The notes: a model not told the origin generated them from the sequence alone. Positions 41,262 through 55,034 are shown, counted from the whole stretch's first letter. The stretch is DNA of 58,872 bases, filler included, from Basidiobolus ranarum (GCA_040143965.1; 6 parts of 6 records of this genome joined end to end with filler, not necessarily neighbours in it), one strand, 5' to 3'. A program made the numbers and translations.

Positions 41262-43667
41262 ATGTTTTCGGAAGAAACCACATACCATGGTCAGGAAATG
41301 AATCGTTTAAACCATATTAACCCTTTCCCAAGTCCTCAAGTCACCGATTTCTCCAAATTAACCAAGAGAAAAAGACTTACTCAAGCGTGTGAAGGCTGTC
41401 GTAAAAAAAAGGTCCGCTGCGATGGTGGTAAGCCAGCGTGTGCGAACTGCGCGAGACGTAATATCGAGTGTACTTACGTACCTAGTACCAACAAACGTGG
41501 TCCTAGACAAGGATATATAGAGAAACTAGAGAAACGTTTGGACATGATGGAGAAATTATTGGAACCTTTAAAGCCTAACGAAGGTGGCGAGGGGGATAAT
41601 GAGACCGAAAGTAAAGCAGAGTATGACACACTAGAAGCCGATTCGGATGACGATAGTGGTAGATCTGTCACTCCTGACGCTTCTGCGTCCGGTGGAGCTC
41701 CTACTATCCAAACTCAAATGTCAATCCATTCAGAACCACAACACCAACCACCCCTTCAGACACAGTCACAACCGCCGCAGAATCCACCCAATAGCCAACC
41801 TCAACCTTCGTCCAATCCCACAGTTACCACTTCTTCATACCTCGCAACCGTCGTTAATGATCATACACCTAACCAGTATGTAAGAGAAATGGAATACTCT
41901 TCGCGAACCGAATCCGCTCAGTCATCTATGTCACCTGCTCCAAATCCATCTACTCATGCTTCTCATAACTCGATCTATTCCAACAACGCTGTTATGCAAA
42001 ACGAGGGTTTCCACGGTTCCAAAGGACATGAAACATCTCCGATGCAGAGAAAGAGTGTCATGGTAGGCTCTTCACCAACCATGGGATCCAAAGGATACCT
42101 CTCGCAAGTGACTATCTCATCAGGGGACAATTTTGAGACGCTTATAAATCTTATAACCCGATCGTGGTTAAGTGATAAACGTGTACGTACATACATTCGA
42201 GAGGAAGGGCACTCGTCTCCCAGCGTTAATCCTTACGAGGATAGTCTGACACGAAGCTTAGTTTACCCAGAGGTCTCTGAGCGACTGATCAGCGCTTATT
42301 TCGATTTGGTCAATCCGCAATATCCAGTGGTGCATCGAGTTCAATTCATGCGTGATCTTGAGAATGGCACTCAGTCAGAGTTTTTATTAAATTGTATCTA
42401 TGCTGTCACCGCTAGGTATGTGAAGCCCGGAAATGTCGACTCTAAGCCTACATTCAGCACGGGTGATTATTTTGCAAACAGAGCCAAATCATTGATGGGT
42501 CAGTATTGCAACGACCATAACGTCTCCAATGTGCAAGCCCTATTTCTGCTGGCACTCCACGCCTATGGAAGTGGCCATGGTTCGGGAGGCTGGCTGTACT
42601 CAGGTATGTATTGATTCGCTTGAGACCGATTGAAACGTCATTAAACGATACTTCTTTCTATTTCATCACTATCATCATTGCAGGAATGGCAACCAGGTAG
42701 GGATTCAGTTTAATGACATGACACTTGTAAATACAATGCTAACCATGAGATTAGAATGGCGCAGGAAATAGGAATGAATCGAGTCGACGAGAAAAGTACC
42801 GATATAGATCTCTCCCAAGGGCTAAGCTGGACAGAAAAAGAGACTCGTCGTAGGATTTGGTGGTCGTTATACGCCTTGGAGCGAATTATCTCTATCGGAA
42901 CCGGGCGTCAGACCGTCATAGATGAGAACGATTGCGAGGTCGCTCTCCCATCGGACGACTGCATTTGGGAGACTGGTGGGAAGGATAACGTGTCCATCAT
43001 GGATAATCAATACCAGCCAGACCCTGGTGCCTCTTCACCTGGTGGTTTGGCTTACCTGGTGACCCTGACCACCATCATGGGTCGTGTATATCAATTTCAA
43101 AACCGTCTGAAGCTATCCCGTGGCTCGCCGTCTAGCTTGCATGCGGAGTTTGCCATCTTGGATGCGGCGTTGGTCTCGTGGAATATCTCACTGCCTAGCA
43201 GATTCCAGTACGAACCTGGAGACCCGATACCCTCAGGCATCAATGGGAGATTTGCGGTTTGGATACGATTGCTCTATTACGCAGCACTGATTACTCTCCA
43301 TCGATCGAATATTGGATGTACGGATCTAGGACCTACGTTCCCCGTGTCTCTTACGTTTGCCAACTCTTCGTTTGACAGGTGTATCTCTTCGGCTAATGGA
43401 ATCACCGAGATCATGATCAAGATTCAAGACAATGTTGAGTACTTTGTACATTCCAGTGCACCCCTCATTACATGTATATCCGGAGGAATCCACCTCAAGA
43501 ACATGTTCTCGAAAGATCAGCGAATCAGCGCAGCAGCTAGACAATATCTCGACGTCAACTTTGGTGCCATGAACCAGTTGAAGGCACAATGGGCACAGTG
43601 CTTTAGATATCTTGGGATGCTGAAGGATATGGAAAGTACGCTACGAAGGCTTTCCGCTTGCACATAG
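41262..43667 (+). CDS. Zn(II)2Cys6 fungal transcription factor with Fungal_trans domain; exons 41262-42603, 42684-42696, 42755-43667
   Basis: ACEGCRKKKVRCDGGKPACANCARRNIECTY; YFDLVNPQYPVVHR; WLYSGMATRMAQEIG; ETRRRIWWSLY. Confidence 0.93.
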
Positions 43668-44070
43668 CCACCTTCACTACGTGGTGCTGGCATCTCTCTC
43701 TTCGTGACGTTTCCCCTTTATTTACCCAACATGGATTCATTATGAGCTCAACCATTCATCATTGTATTCGAATTTTCTCCCTCTTCATTATTAGACATGC
43801 GCTTCTTCTTGTTAACCCTCGTTGGAACTGTTCCTTGGGTCCATAAAACTTTAATCGAATTAATAAATTCGGGTGTTTTCATATTTCTCACATCACATCA
43901 CATCACATCACGTGCAGTGCGCTGCAGAGGTATTGGTGTGAGTTTAGGCAAGAAAGGGAAGAATCGAGGTTCTTTTGTGTTGATGCGAGTGATGTGTTAA
44001 GCTACAGGTGGTAAATCTCCTGTCATCATGTATAAATGCTTATTGGAGTTCATCCATTTCCCATTAAACA

Positions 44071-44706
44071 ATGCGCATCTTTTCATTTCTTTCAGTGTTG
44101 GGATTCACCATCTTTTCCGGTCCATTGGTTTCTTCCACTCCCGTATCTGCTCACTCGTTGAGGGGAAAGCATTCCTATGGGAGGTCCAGTAGATATACCG
44201 ATTATCCAGAGAACTACGCGGCCTGGGTGCCGGATGATGGTGGATGGTTGTATCGTGAGCATACACACAAACCCAATCTTCGACACAGGGTGAAACTTGG
44301 CCCCAAGAAAGGACCAAGCTCTACACTAGGGGCCGATGATAACCTGGCATCGACTGATATCACATCTACAAACGAAGTAGCCGATAACCCCGAAGCTTCC
44401 ACCACTGCCAACCCTGCAGAAACCCCTAAGGAACCGGGGCAATGCGAGCATATCGTGGAAGGATTAATAGAGTTTGGAATTAGGGCGGATGCGATGGTTT
44501 GTCTAGATACCAAATTGACCATTGATTTTCTAAAAAGTCAGGGTATTTCCCCGCCGACAAGTCAGGTAAATGGATTAATCTCCTCAGAAGATCTAGATTT
44601 GGTTGCCACCAAATGTGATTTCATTAAAGCCAATGCGGAAAAGTTAAATATTACTATTGAAGCGGTAGTTTGTCTTCCCAATTTGATTCAAATCATGTTG
44701 GTATAG
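44071..44706 (+). CDS. Orphan secreted protein, 211 aa
   Basis: Signal peptide MRIFSFLSVLGFTIFSGPLVSSTPVSA; TATAAA ~40 nt upstream; two C-x18-C-L repeats. Confidence 0.7.
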   Translation: MRIFSFLSVLGFTIFSGPLVSSTPVSAHSLRGKHSYGRSSRYTDYPENYAAWVPDDGGWLYREHTHKPNLRHRVKLGPKKGPSSTLGADDNLASTDITSTNEVADNPEASTTANPAETPKEPGQCEHIVEGLIEFGIRADAMVCLDTKLTIDFLKSQGISPPTSQVNGLISSEDLDLVATKCDFIKANAEKLNITIEAVVCLPNLIQIMLV

Positions 44707-44899
44707 ATGGAATGCAATCCAGCTATATCCATGATATTTATTCGATATTTATCACTCATATCGATGATATTATTCCCATGATATTTATCACTCTTATCCA
44801 ATCACTACATACATACCATCAATCCATAGACACAGTTCAATAAATATCATTTATCAGGAGATTCGCAACCATACACCATCTCTCTAGATTCTTTTATTA

Positions 44900-47800
44900 T
44901 AGCAACAATTGTAGCAACAATTATAGCAATACGGAGGTGATCACGTTTGATTCCAAAGATTGCAGAGTTCTAATCCATTCGAAATAAACCAATTCAAAAT
45001 CTAGGATTTTTTCCAACCATTGATTCCAAGGAATATGGTACTTATTTTTCCAACTATTAATTAATTGCCAATGTGTTTCCAATTTGTATTGAATTTCGTT
45101 TAGTTCTTGAATTCTGGAGGGAGCAATCTTGATCACTATTAAAATAAAATAAAAAGATGATTAGAAAGAGATCTTCTTGTCAAAGGTTATTATTATTATT
45201 CAGTGTACTTTTTGGTTTAGTATCTAGTGCAAACGCTCGAATTCTTTCAAGTATCGCTTCTTCCACTTGTAACCCGAGGGCTTTTTCAGTAGAGCGAAAA
45301 TTGAGATCGAGGTAATGTCCTTCGGAGGTTGTTTCCGAACCTTAAAGGGAGATAAGTGTTTCAATTTCCCAATCTTGAAGTTTTTCTAAAGGTGAACATT
45401 TACCTTGACTAAGTAGGAGAGTAACCAAGTTGGGATTAAAAGGAACATAAAAAGTAGCAGTAGAAGCATCCACTAGAATCTTTTCCAACCTAGTTCTATA
45501 AAGTATTGATGGTTTAGTCAGTATTCGAGAACAAAGTTACAAGAAACTGGGTTACCTCTCTATATTCTCTCCCAAGAAGATAGGAAAAAATGACTTGTAA
45601 ATATTGAATTCAACTTCACTATTTGAAGTGTTCTTAAAGAACAATCGAAGCTCACTAGTCCCAACCCCATCACGACTGGAAGACTTTAAACGATAATGTG
45701 AGTGAAGGTGAGGTGGGAAATAGAGAAATTCATCGGTTCCTTACGTATTTCTTTTCTACGGATGAATTGAATATTTCAGCAATGTGTTTGACCAGTCCTG
45801 ATTGTCTATCAAAGTTTAAAGAATGAGGACTGGAATGGGTGTGAGTGGATGTAAAGGATATCTCAGGGTCGTCGGGTGCAGCAAAGTCAATAATATCGAA
45901 AGTGAACATCTCTAAAAATATATACACGGCTAGTGTAGAAAGGTTTCAGCATAATTGGAAGAATTTGATGGAATGTAACAGTCTACCAGACGGTACCTGA
46001 GTTTTGGTGATGCTTGAAATTACTCTGATCACTTGTATAGCCACATGAACGCAGACCAACCTCAACACGTAGAGGGAACAGGTCATATCTCATAGGAATG
46101 GGTATCAGTCTTTCCCTGGGTTTGATACGTAAGTATAGATCAATCTCATTAAGTGCAATTCAAAAGCAAACTTCCAATTACCATGCTCTAGTGTTCAACT
46201 CTGCTTCGTAAGCATATCTAGTTGACGAGGGATTGTGGTGCTTCCTTTGGTCAAGACTGAGCTTTACATTCACTGTTTACAAGTTAAGGATTTCTTTCTA
46301 GTGGGAATAGTGGTGACGATTGAGCTAATATCAAAGGATACATTTCCATCCTGTTCGTAAAGTGGAGTCATTTACATTTAGACTCACTTTCAAGTAAGGT
46401 AAGCTTTGTAGGCTACCATCCCTGAAGGTTGGTATCACTGTAGGTATAAGTGTCAGTCCCATCGATGAACCTACAACTTGTCTTTTCTCGGAGATTTTCT
46501 CCAATTCATGGAGAAGAAGATTATTTTGCCATATGGCCTTGGATGTTTCCTAACATATTTCATGAGCCTCTGTAAGCACTGAGAATACAAGAGTCCCTTA
46601 CCTCCACTCGTTTCTCTAGCTTTTGCTTTTCACTGGAATGGGAGGCGATCAGTTCCAGAGTATCCTTTATCTGCATTCGTAGATGTTCAGGACTGTATGT
46701 GATCTGACTCTCACTATAGAAAGATGGGGTTATTTTGTATCCATATTCCTGTCCTTTCTCAGTGTACCTACTTGTTGCCTTCCCATCGATAGTTGAGCAA
46801 TTTGTTTCTTGGGGTCATGGCGACAAGCTGGATATCTCCTTTGACATTTATGAATGACGCGATTGACAGGATGGGAAGCTTCGGACGTGAGAGACTCAGC
46901 AGAGTAGGAAGTGAAGCTAATCAAATCCATGAGTATTCCAGTATTTATCCCAAGAAAGTATAGATCATTTCTCACATTTGGAATCCACACTTTTCCACAT
47001 GTCCACTACAATCAATGGTCCATTCTGCAGATTCAACGCAAATGTTTCCTAGAAGTAGAGAAATATGGGTGAGGATTATGAGGTGATTTCTATGGGGTGA
47101 TTTCTATGCTATCGTAACAAATCATCTGGTTTACTTTCAACTCCGACACTGAGAGAACTGGCGATGGTACGTGATACACTTTGGAAAGTGGTTGGTTTAA
47201 ACCTGACTCGGTGATCTCAGTGGTCAGAACACGTAAGGTACCTTTTCTCCTAAGGGCCATTTAGTCATAGTAGGTGGTGTGGGATTGATTCACACAGATT
47301 GACTCACACATACGTACCCTACGATAATGAGACAGTCCTCGTTGGTTGTTGAAGAAGGTGCCCTTTGGACTACTATGACATTAACAATGGCTTCCTAAAT
47401 AACTTAACATCAGTAATGATTCATTGAAAATCAAGATATTTTAAATTTCACCTCCAAAGAACAAAGCAACAATCGAGTAGAGTTCATTTGACAATGTTGA
47501 TAATAAACATTCCCATCACTTGTACCCAACACTAATATCGGTTGTCTATTTAAACAACTACAAGATCACTTTAGTCACTCCTTAGGTGCGCTATGTAATC
47601 TAGAATCCATAATCTATATACCATTCCATTCCAAATAACCCTGCAAAAGTTCGTGTACTCAATGAATCCATTCTATCTTCCCCTTCCACTCTGGAATACA
47701 GTATTCGTACAAGTTAAGGTTCATTTTGGTGACAAGAAGGTGATTTCCATCTAAGTGTTCTCTTGAAAAAGGATATAAAGTCGACTACAAGTAACTCTCC

Positions 47801-48560
47801 CACTTTCCAACGCATTGACCGATATGTGAGTCTGATTCTCTTCAGTTATAAAGTCCAATTTGGTTGGATTCATAGTAAAGCATGTACCCCGAGGTGCAAC
47901 AACCAATACTTCCGAACCTTCTCCTCTTTCTAAGGGGAGAATATTACTAACAGGTGTCTACATCAAGAAATAAGTCAATAAAAAGCAACATTTCTCATTC
48001 CTCACTTCAATCAACCCATTACCTCAGTCAATAATAAACAGTCTTCTGGACGAATAGTTCGATACGGTACATTCACTACTACTTCTACTTTACTTTCACC
48101 TTTAAACCGTTTATAGGGAACAGATTCGGCTTCGGTTTCAACTATATCCGTGTTCCTATCAATATAATAACCTGGTTAAAATTCCCTTTCAAATATTTCC
48201 GAAAAGAAGTGAATGGAGGTTACCGTGGTTGAATGAATACTCTCCAAAGTCTATCGTCTAAAGTACTTATCAAACCATAAGTAGTTCCCTTATTCACTAT
48301 CAAGTAACTACTTTTAATGGGAGAAGTGAATCGCCATATTTCCTAACAAATAATTAAGTAAAAAAGAAGTTTTCCCTTCAACAAGTACCCAACTTGTACT
48401 CACTTTGACTTGAAAGTTCCATAAAAAATGAAGTAAAGTTGTGGAGAGTTTCAAGAGGATGATTTCCCCTTGTTTAGTATGGCTTAAAAGTGGTTTACCA
48501 ACTGAACTGGGAAAAGGAAGTATTCGTTGTGGTTGTAAGTTCATATGATTGCAAGGTAGA
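44900..48560 (-). pseudogene. Long degenerate coding-like region, product unknown
   Basis: Series of short protein-like minus-strand ORFs (48314-48544, 46730-46990, 45730-45927, 44921-45136) separated by stops and frameshifts. Confidence 0.3.
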
Positions 48561-48837
48561 GTTCATATCAATTTCAATTTACTGCTATAATTCCACCGGG
48601 TTGATGGATTCCTAGGTTCATGACCGACCATATATCCGTGACCAGTTGTTTACATTCTTAATTGGAAACTTTATTCATTATTTCCATGAAATTATCATTG
48701 AAACTTGTTTATACTTAATTTTCGATTAACTTTATCTGTACAACTGCTCATAAATTTCAATACTTAGCATGGAAGTATATACAATACCAATGTTAAACCG
48801 TTAACAAGTGGATTAACTCATGAAGAGTATTTACTTC

Positions 48838-49068
48838 TGTTGAAGTTAGCATTGCCTAAGCACCTGTATAGTCATATATAGCTTAGTGTTTAGTTATCTT
48901 ATATTTTACTTAGATATGTCCCATGATTCCCATGAGGAATTTACTTAGAATATTGTTACTGTTGGAGGATCTTGACATAATGGGGTAGACTTTGAGTATT
49001 AGAAGCAACTTATGATAGTGTGTTTTAGTTAGTTTATTCTTAAGAGTATATGGTGACTTATATAGTAG
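48838..49068 (+). mobile_element. Partial copia LTR (48838-48959) apparently interrupted by a second LTR-like sequence starting TGTTGG at 48960
   Basis: TGTTGAAGTTAGCATTGCCTAAGCACCTGTATAGTCATATATAGC is the near reverse complement of the LTR end at ~6170-6219. Confidence 0.75.
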
Positions 49069-49168
49069 NNNNNNNNNNNNNNNNNNNNNNNNNNNNNNNN
49101 NNNNNNNNNNNNTTAATTAATTAANNNNNNNNNNNNNNNNNNNNNNNNNNNNNNNNNNNNNNNNNNNN

Positions 49169-49271
<103 letters not shown>

Positions 49272-50504
49272 GACCATTCTAACCCTAAACTCTCAACAAC
49301 CTTCCAACCCTTGATCCAAATGAATAACAAAGTATTAAAGCCAGAACAATAGAAGATGTGGATAAACTTATCCAAGACAACAAAAGAAACATGACCAGGA
49401 AGGCCGCAGAATCAACCAATGCAAAACTAGTGTGATTTCAAGATGAGCACATCCATTGATGACGATGGGATTCGAAGTTCCATTTTCTCACAAGTACACT
49501 GTAATGGAAACTGAAAATAGCCGAGTGTAGCACACCGATTGTGTGTACAGATTACTCGTACGATGCATATGAATAAGCATCAAAGAAGTGGAGTCAAGCA
49601 AACGATGCGCTTACTCGGCTAAACTCCGAAGACCCGCAGTTTTTTCTGTATTCACCAGACACAAGCCAAGTTTCTCCACAGAGCTTATGTATCTACGGTA
49701 TCTATCTAACCCTATGATAGCATGTATGAGTAAGAGATATCCATAGCTTTCATCATATGTTCAATGTAGGGAAATAAAGCTGGTCTATCAACATGAATAT
49801 TCTAAGATTGTAATTTAAAGACAAGTATGGTAACCAATTCATTCCCATAGTACACTACAAGCTTATCGCTCATCAACCACTTCTATGGTGATTTATTGCC
49901 ATTGATCGGGGTTTTCAAGATCCTCGACTCTCTTTCATTTGCTGAACGAATAACACCATAGGCTAACAGCAGCATCAAGGTAAGACAACACATACTTGAG
50001 TCTGAGAGTGTGTTGCACACCAGAAACGATGTTAATGTCAGATTTGAGATGCTAATTGAGGTGGCCGAAGATTGCCAAATACGCACCAGATAAGAATCTA
50101 TTCTTAAGCTTTGTACGAATCGCAGTGGTGATATGCCAATTCGGATCACCCCATCCTCTGGTACTGAATGATTTCATATGATTTTCATGTGCAATTGGAA
50201 AGATTCTGGCCCAAATGATGAACAAATTCTTCGGGCCGAGCTAACTAGCTTCCGTACTGAGGAGCTTCAGTTAACTGGTGGAAAGATTCGGAAAGTGGGG
50301 GTAGGATAAATCCAGAAGTCGGCGTTGTGAGGGAAAGATCGGAGTGTGATCAAGTGCTCTAGCACATATAAAGGTGCCAAACACCCTCCAGTTACTCATC
50401 AACGATAGCAATTAATCCTCGGGTGATAACACAGCCCGCTCTCAATTCACTTCTCTCTCGTGTAAATTGCATTTGTCTTACCTCTCCTCCTATCCTTCCC
50501 AAAT

Positions 50505-51952
50505 ATGGGCGCTAAACTTGAAACACTCAACGAGATGCCACTTTCTCCCAACTATCTTACCCCCATGGATGTTATTTTCCAACATCTCGAAACCGAGAGA
50601 CACCCAATGACCTGTACCTCTATCTGGACTTTCAAGGACTCTTTGGATAAAGAGAAGGTCACAGAAGAATTCCGCAGTATGGTTGAGAAGATTCCCAAGT
50701 TTCGTCAAACTATCAGATCACGTGGAAATTTCAAAATGCCTGAGTGGATCGATTGTAAAGATTTTAATTTAGAGAACCACTTGCATTTTATCACTCTCAC
50801 TGACGGTACCAAGGAAGATGTTGCCGCCATAGGAGCCCAACACTTTACTACTTTGGATGCCAACAAACCTCTTTGGAATGCTTATGTAGTTCATGGGTTG
50901 AAGGGCGATGGTTCTGCTCTTATCGGTAATATACACATACATTATAATACTCTATATATACTAGTGTTAATATGAGTTCTTGTTTATTAGTGCAAGCCCA
51001 CCATTCTCTTAGTGACGGAATTGGATTTCTCTATTGTACACTCTCTCTTACCTCTGCTCGTGATATCAAATATAGTCACAAGAAATCCGCAGCCACAGAG
51101 AAAAAACCAATGACCCTTCAACGAGCCTTCGAGATGCTGTATGTGTTGATGGTGCAACTAATGTTGATCTTTTTCAATTTTACAAAACTATTCTTCTGGG
51201 AACTTAATCAGCTTGTGCAGACCCACATTGTTATTCGTAAATCGTTACCCGTAGATATCAAGAAGGATAGCTTCAACAAAACCATGAATTGGTCGGAACC
51301 CGTTGATTTAGAGGATGTGAAATATTTGCGCAAGGTGTACAGCTGTACTGTGAATGATATCCTCACAACAATCCTGACTTTGGCTATCCGTAATTATCTT
51401 GCTGAACGGGACCTTCTAAACGACAAAACCTTCCGTTTTTTGATCCCTGTTAGTGTACGCAAGGCAGGAGATCTCTCTATGTCTAACAAAGTTGGCGGAT
51501 CCAGCTTATTCGTTCCCATTCATAGCTCAGATCCTGCTAAGCTTTTAAAATCCATCCAGTTCAACATGAATTGCGCCAAGAACTCCATCGAGCCCAGCGC
51601 GTCATGCAATGTTCTATCCAACTTCACCTACCTCCCCGCTTCCTGGTATATACCTTTGTGCCGTTGGTATGCCAATCAGTACACTGGTGTTTTCACCAAT
51701 ATTCCTGGACCACAACAATCATTGGAGTTCGCAGGCTCACAAATCGAGGATTACGTTGTTTACCCACCTCAAACTGGACCTGGAGGCTTAGGAATGGGTG
51801 TCATTTCCTACAACAATAAGGTTGTTATCTCCATCGTCACCGATGAAACTGCGCAAACAGCCGGTCTTGCCAAGGGAATTGCTGCCCAATACCGAGTAGA
51901 GTGTGATAAAATTTTGCGCGAGTGCCAAGAATCCCCCAAATCGAATGAATAG
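50505..51952 (+). CDS. Wax ester synthase/diacylglycerol acyltransferase (WS/DGAT); intron 50926-50990
   Basis: LDANKPLWNAYVVHGL, catalytic HHSLSDG, CTVNDIL, IPVSVR, FTNIPGPQ, GVISYNNKV. Confidence 0.9.
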
Positions 51953-53456
51953 ACAAGGCAGCAACTGCACAGTGAAATGAACTTCTCCTATAGACCCTCC
52001 TGTATGTTTATACTACTCCCACCCATAATACACATTCACTAAAGATTACGATCATATTCCCACTTTAGATAAAAGTTGATACAGTGTTTTAATCTAAAAT
52101 GAGACAAATTAAAGAATCAATTAGATATTTCATAAAACATGAGACGATCGCCAAAATAATTCTGACACATGCCAAAAAACTGTAGACAAATTGTGTAATT
52201 CATTGCTGTAACTCCTCAGTTTTTTTGAGAGTTACACTATAATTGAGCGTGTATGTATATCATTAGCTTGTTGTGGCTTAACAAACGTTTCCATCCGAAA
52301 GCTAAAACAGATGTCAATTCGCTTTGTTTCTTTATGGAACCACCTCTAAAGATTATAGCAGCCGAAAGCTCAATCGGTGGGTGGAAGCCCCAATACGTTC
52401 CACTACTCATGTCACTTGTACTTCTAAAAGAAAAACGTATATGACTCAAGGGTATGAGCATTAGCTAGATCTTTGTCATGAGCCGGAAGATAATCCTGCG
52501 TTTCCTTTGGAGGATTCATTAATGTTGGCCTTTTTAAAGAAGTTTTTTTGTCACTCCTCAATAACTACAGGCCAGACAAACAGAAAGCTCTCGATCGTTC
52601 TAGACCATAGGTCTAGTAGACTAGGCTATTGGATTTTACCTGGCAAATGTAGATCATAGTGTAGCCAAGAAATCAATCAGTTAGCCACGAGAAGATTCTC
52701 TGCTGATCCAACTTCCAAGGGGTTTGGATTGAGCAGAAAAATCGATCCGACTCTAGAATTTGCAACTGGGTCATGCTACTTTATTACCTTTGCATTCAGA
52801 AGATTCAATGTGGCCGCTTCTTATTGAAAAGGAAAGGTGTATGCTTATAAATGCTGGATGATAACATACCAGATTACTTTTAGGTCGATGATTGTTCCAT
52901 TTTTGCAGTATCGGATGAGATTCCAAAAATATACGGAATAGCCATCTATGGAGCTTTATTGTCAACATTTTGGGGATAATGATGAAGCTCTTTGACGCCG
53001 ATTTGACCCGAATAATCGGAGCTTCTCCACAAAATAACCTCTGTGCTTTCTAGCATATAGAATTACCAGTCCTCTTAACTCTAAGATATTCTCATTCGCT
53101 GATGGCTTTGATTGTGGTTGCATTCCATGCAGGTAATTTCCAACTAGTAAATATCTATGAACGTTATTCTGCACCGCAGGAGTCTAGGTATCATACACAA
53201 CCATTATCAGCAAGGAGTTGATGCTTTGAAGATCATTACCTGAGAAGAGACAAACATATAACGCAGCCGATATTGTGTATATTTATCAATTAATTCTTTA
53301 CTCTGATTTTACTCAAGCCCTAACCTGAAAGTCCTGCCAAGTTGTAACTTCTATATTATTTAAAGTGATGATTTGTATCAATGAAAATCGCCCAATTTCA
53401 ACTCTCTCATGCATGGTATTATTTCAGCATTTTGCACTTGGGGCAAAGCAAGTATC

Positions 53457-53927
53457 TGTTAAAGTATTTGGGAGCCTGTTGGAAGTGGTTTGGAGAATTA
53501 GAGAAATTGGTGGTTTTCACTTATAGATTTATTGAGTTGAAAGTTGACATTTTTAGTTTTGTCAAGATGTAAACAAACTAACATGTAGAATATGTTAAGA
53601 AAGGCCCCAGAAACATGTGTGCAAAGTTTGGGGCCTCTAGCATAAGTTTGAAAAATCTATATATCTGAGAACTTCTAAGTTGGTAAGAATATTCCAAGTA
53701 AGTTCCGATCGAGAATAATTGGTAATATCTTGATTCAATATGGAATAACTAAGTACTAAGCTATATATGACTTTATAGGTGTTTAGGCAATGCTAATTTC
53801 AACAGTTTATTTATATCTTTACAAAACTTTAAATGTCAACTTTCAACTCAATAAATCAATAAGTGAAAACCACTAATTTCTCTAGTTCCCCAAACCAATT
53901 CCAACAGGCTCCCAAAATACTTTAACA
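53457..53927 (-). mobile_element. Complete copia solo LTR (53457-53804) followed by an inverted partial LTR (53805-53927)
   Basis: TGTTAAAGTATTTGGGAGCC...TTTCAACA, then ...CAGGCTCCCAAAATACTTTAACA. Confidence 0.88.
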
Positions 53928-54092
53928 GAGTGAAGTTTGTTCAGCATATATAATGATTGATGAGAGTAGAAAAGGAATGTCTAGTAAAACTACTTGTGTA
54001 GATATACTAATTGTACAAATTTCACTTAATGAGCTTCCAATATGTGATTGTTGTGTTGAAAATGAGCTTGAGCACACACATAGTCATACAGC

Positions 54093-54470
54093 TTTTGAAA
54101 TTTGCATAGTCTAAACATCTATATGGTCATATATAGCTTAGTATTTAGCTTCTCCATATTGAACTAAGATATCTCAATCGGAATGTACTTAGAAATCCTC
54201 AAAAAAAACTTGGGAAAGTTGACATTTATAGTTTTGTCGAGATGTAAGCAAACTCACATATAGAATGTGTTAAGGAAAATCCCAGGAACATGTGTGCAAA
54301 GTTTGGGGCTTCTTTGAAAAATCTATATTTCTGAGAACTTCTAAGTTGGCGTCAATATTCTAAGTAAATTGCTCATTAGAATAATGGGTAATATCTTAGT
54401 CCAATATAGAATAACTAAATACTAAGCTATATATGACTATATAGGTGTTTAGGCAATGCTAATCTCAACA
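54093..54470. mobile_element. Two partial copia LTRs in inverted orientation
   Basis: 54093-~54213 is a plus-strand LTR start; ~54215-54470 is a minus-strand LTR ending ...GGCAATGCTAATCTCAACA. Confidence 0.8.
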
Positions 54471-55034
54471 AACTCCAACAGTATGTCTAACTCACATCAG
54501 TCAGAGAACTCACAGCCAAGAAATTACTACTGTTACTAGTGTTGATACCATATATTGTTGTGATATAAATCCTTTTTTGTTAGTAATCTCAGTATTCCTA
54601 GATATATAGGATATTTCCTTAGTTGGATGGAGAGCAAGATTCTCTACTGAATCGCTCTAAAACATCTCTTTCTACTTGGTTCCCATAAATTTCATCAATT
54701 CATTGGGAGTACAATTAAGAAGAACTTGGTAACGGTTCTGTGGTATTATTTGGCGATTCACAATAGCTACCACAAAAGTGGGATGCTCCAGAAACTGCGG
54801 AACATCACATACTTAATCAAGTTAATCGATTAGTGTATTTAGTAAGCCAAACGTTTTTGCTTTACCATCTGCACCAAGGGATAGGAGATTTGATTCCTGA
54901 ATAACTCCTGAAATATCTAATAGATTGAATCTGATTTAAAACCACATAGATCCTAGAGTGATGAGTAAATGATAAGATTTCATCTCATTGTAGTGGTAGA
55001 CTTGGTTTAAGATGGATACGAGGATCCGAAGGTC

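Noticed and set aside
52230-53200. Short ORFs downstream of WS/DGAT
   Set aside because: Multiple stops in all frames and no identifiable homology
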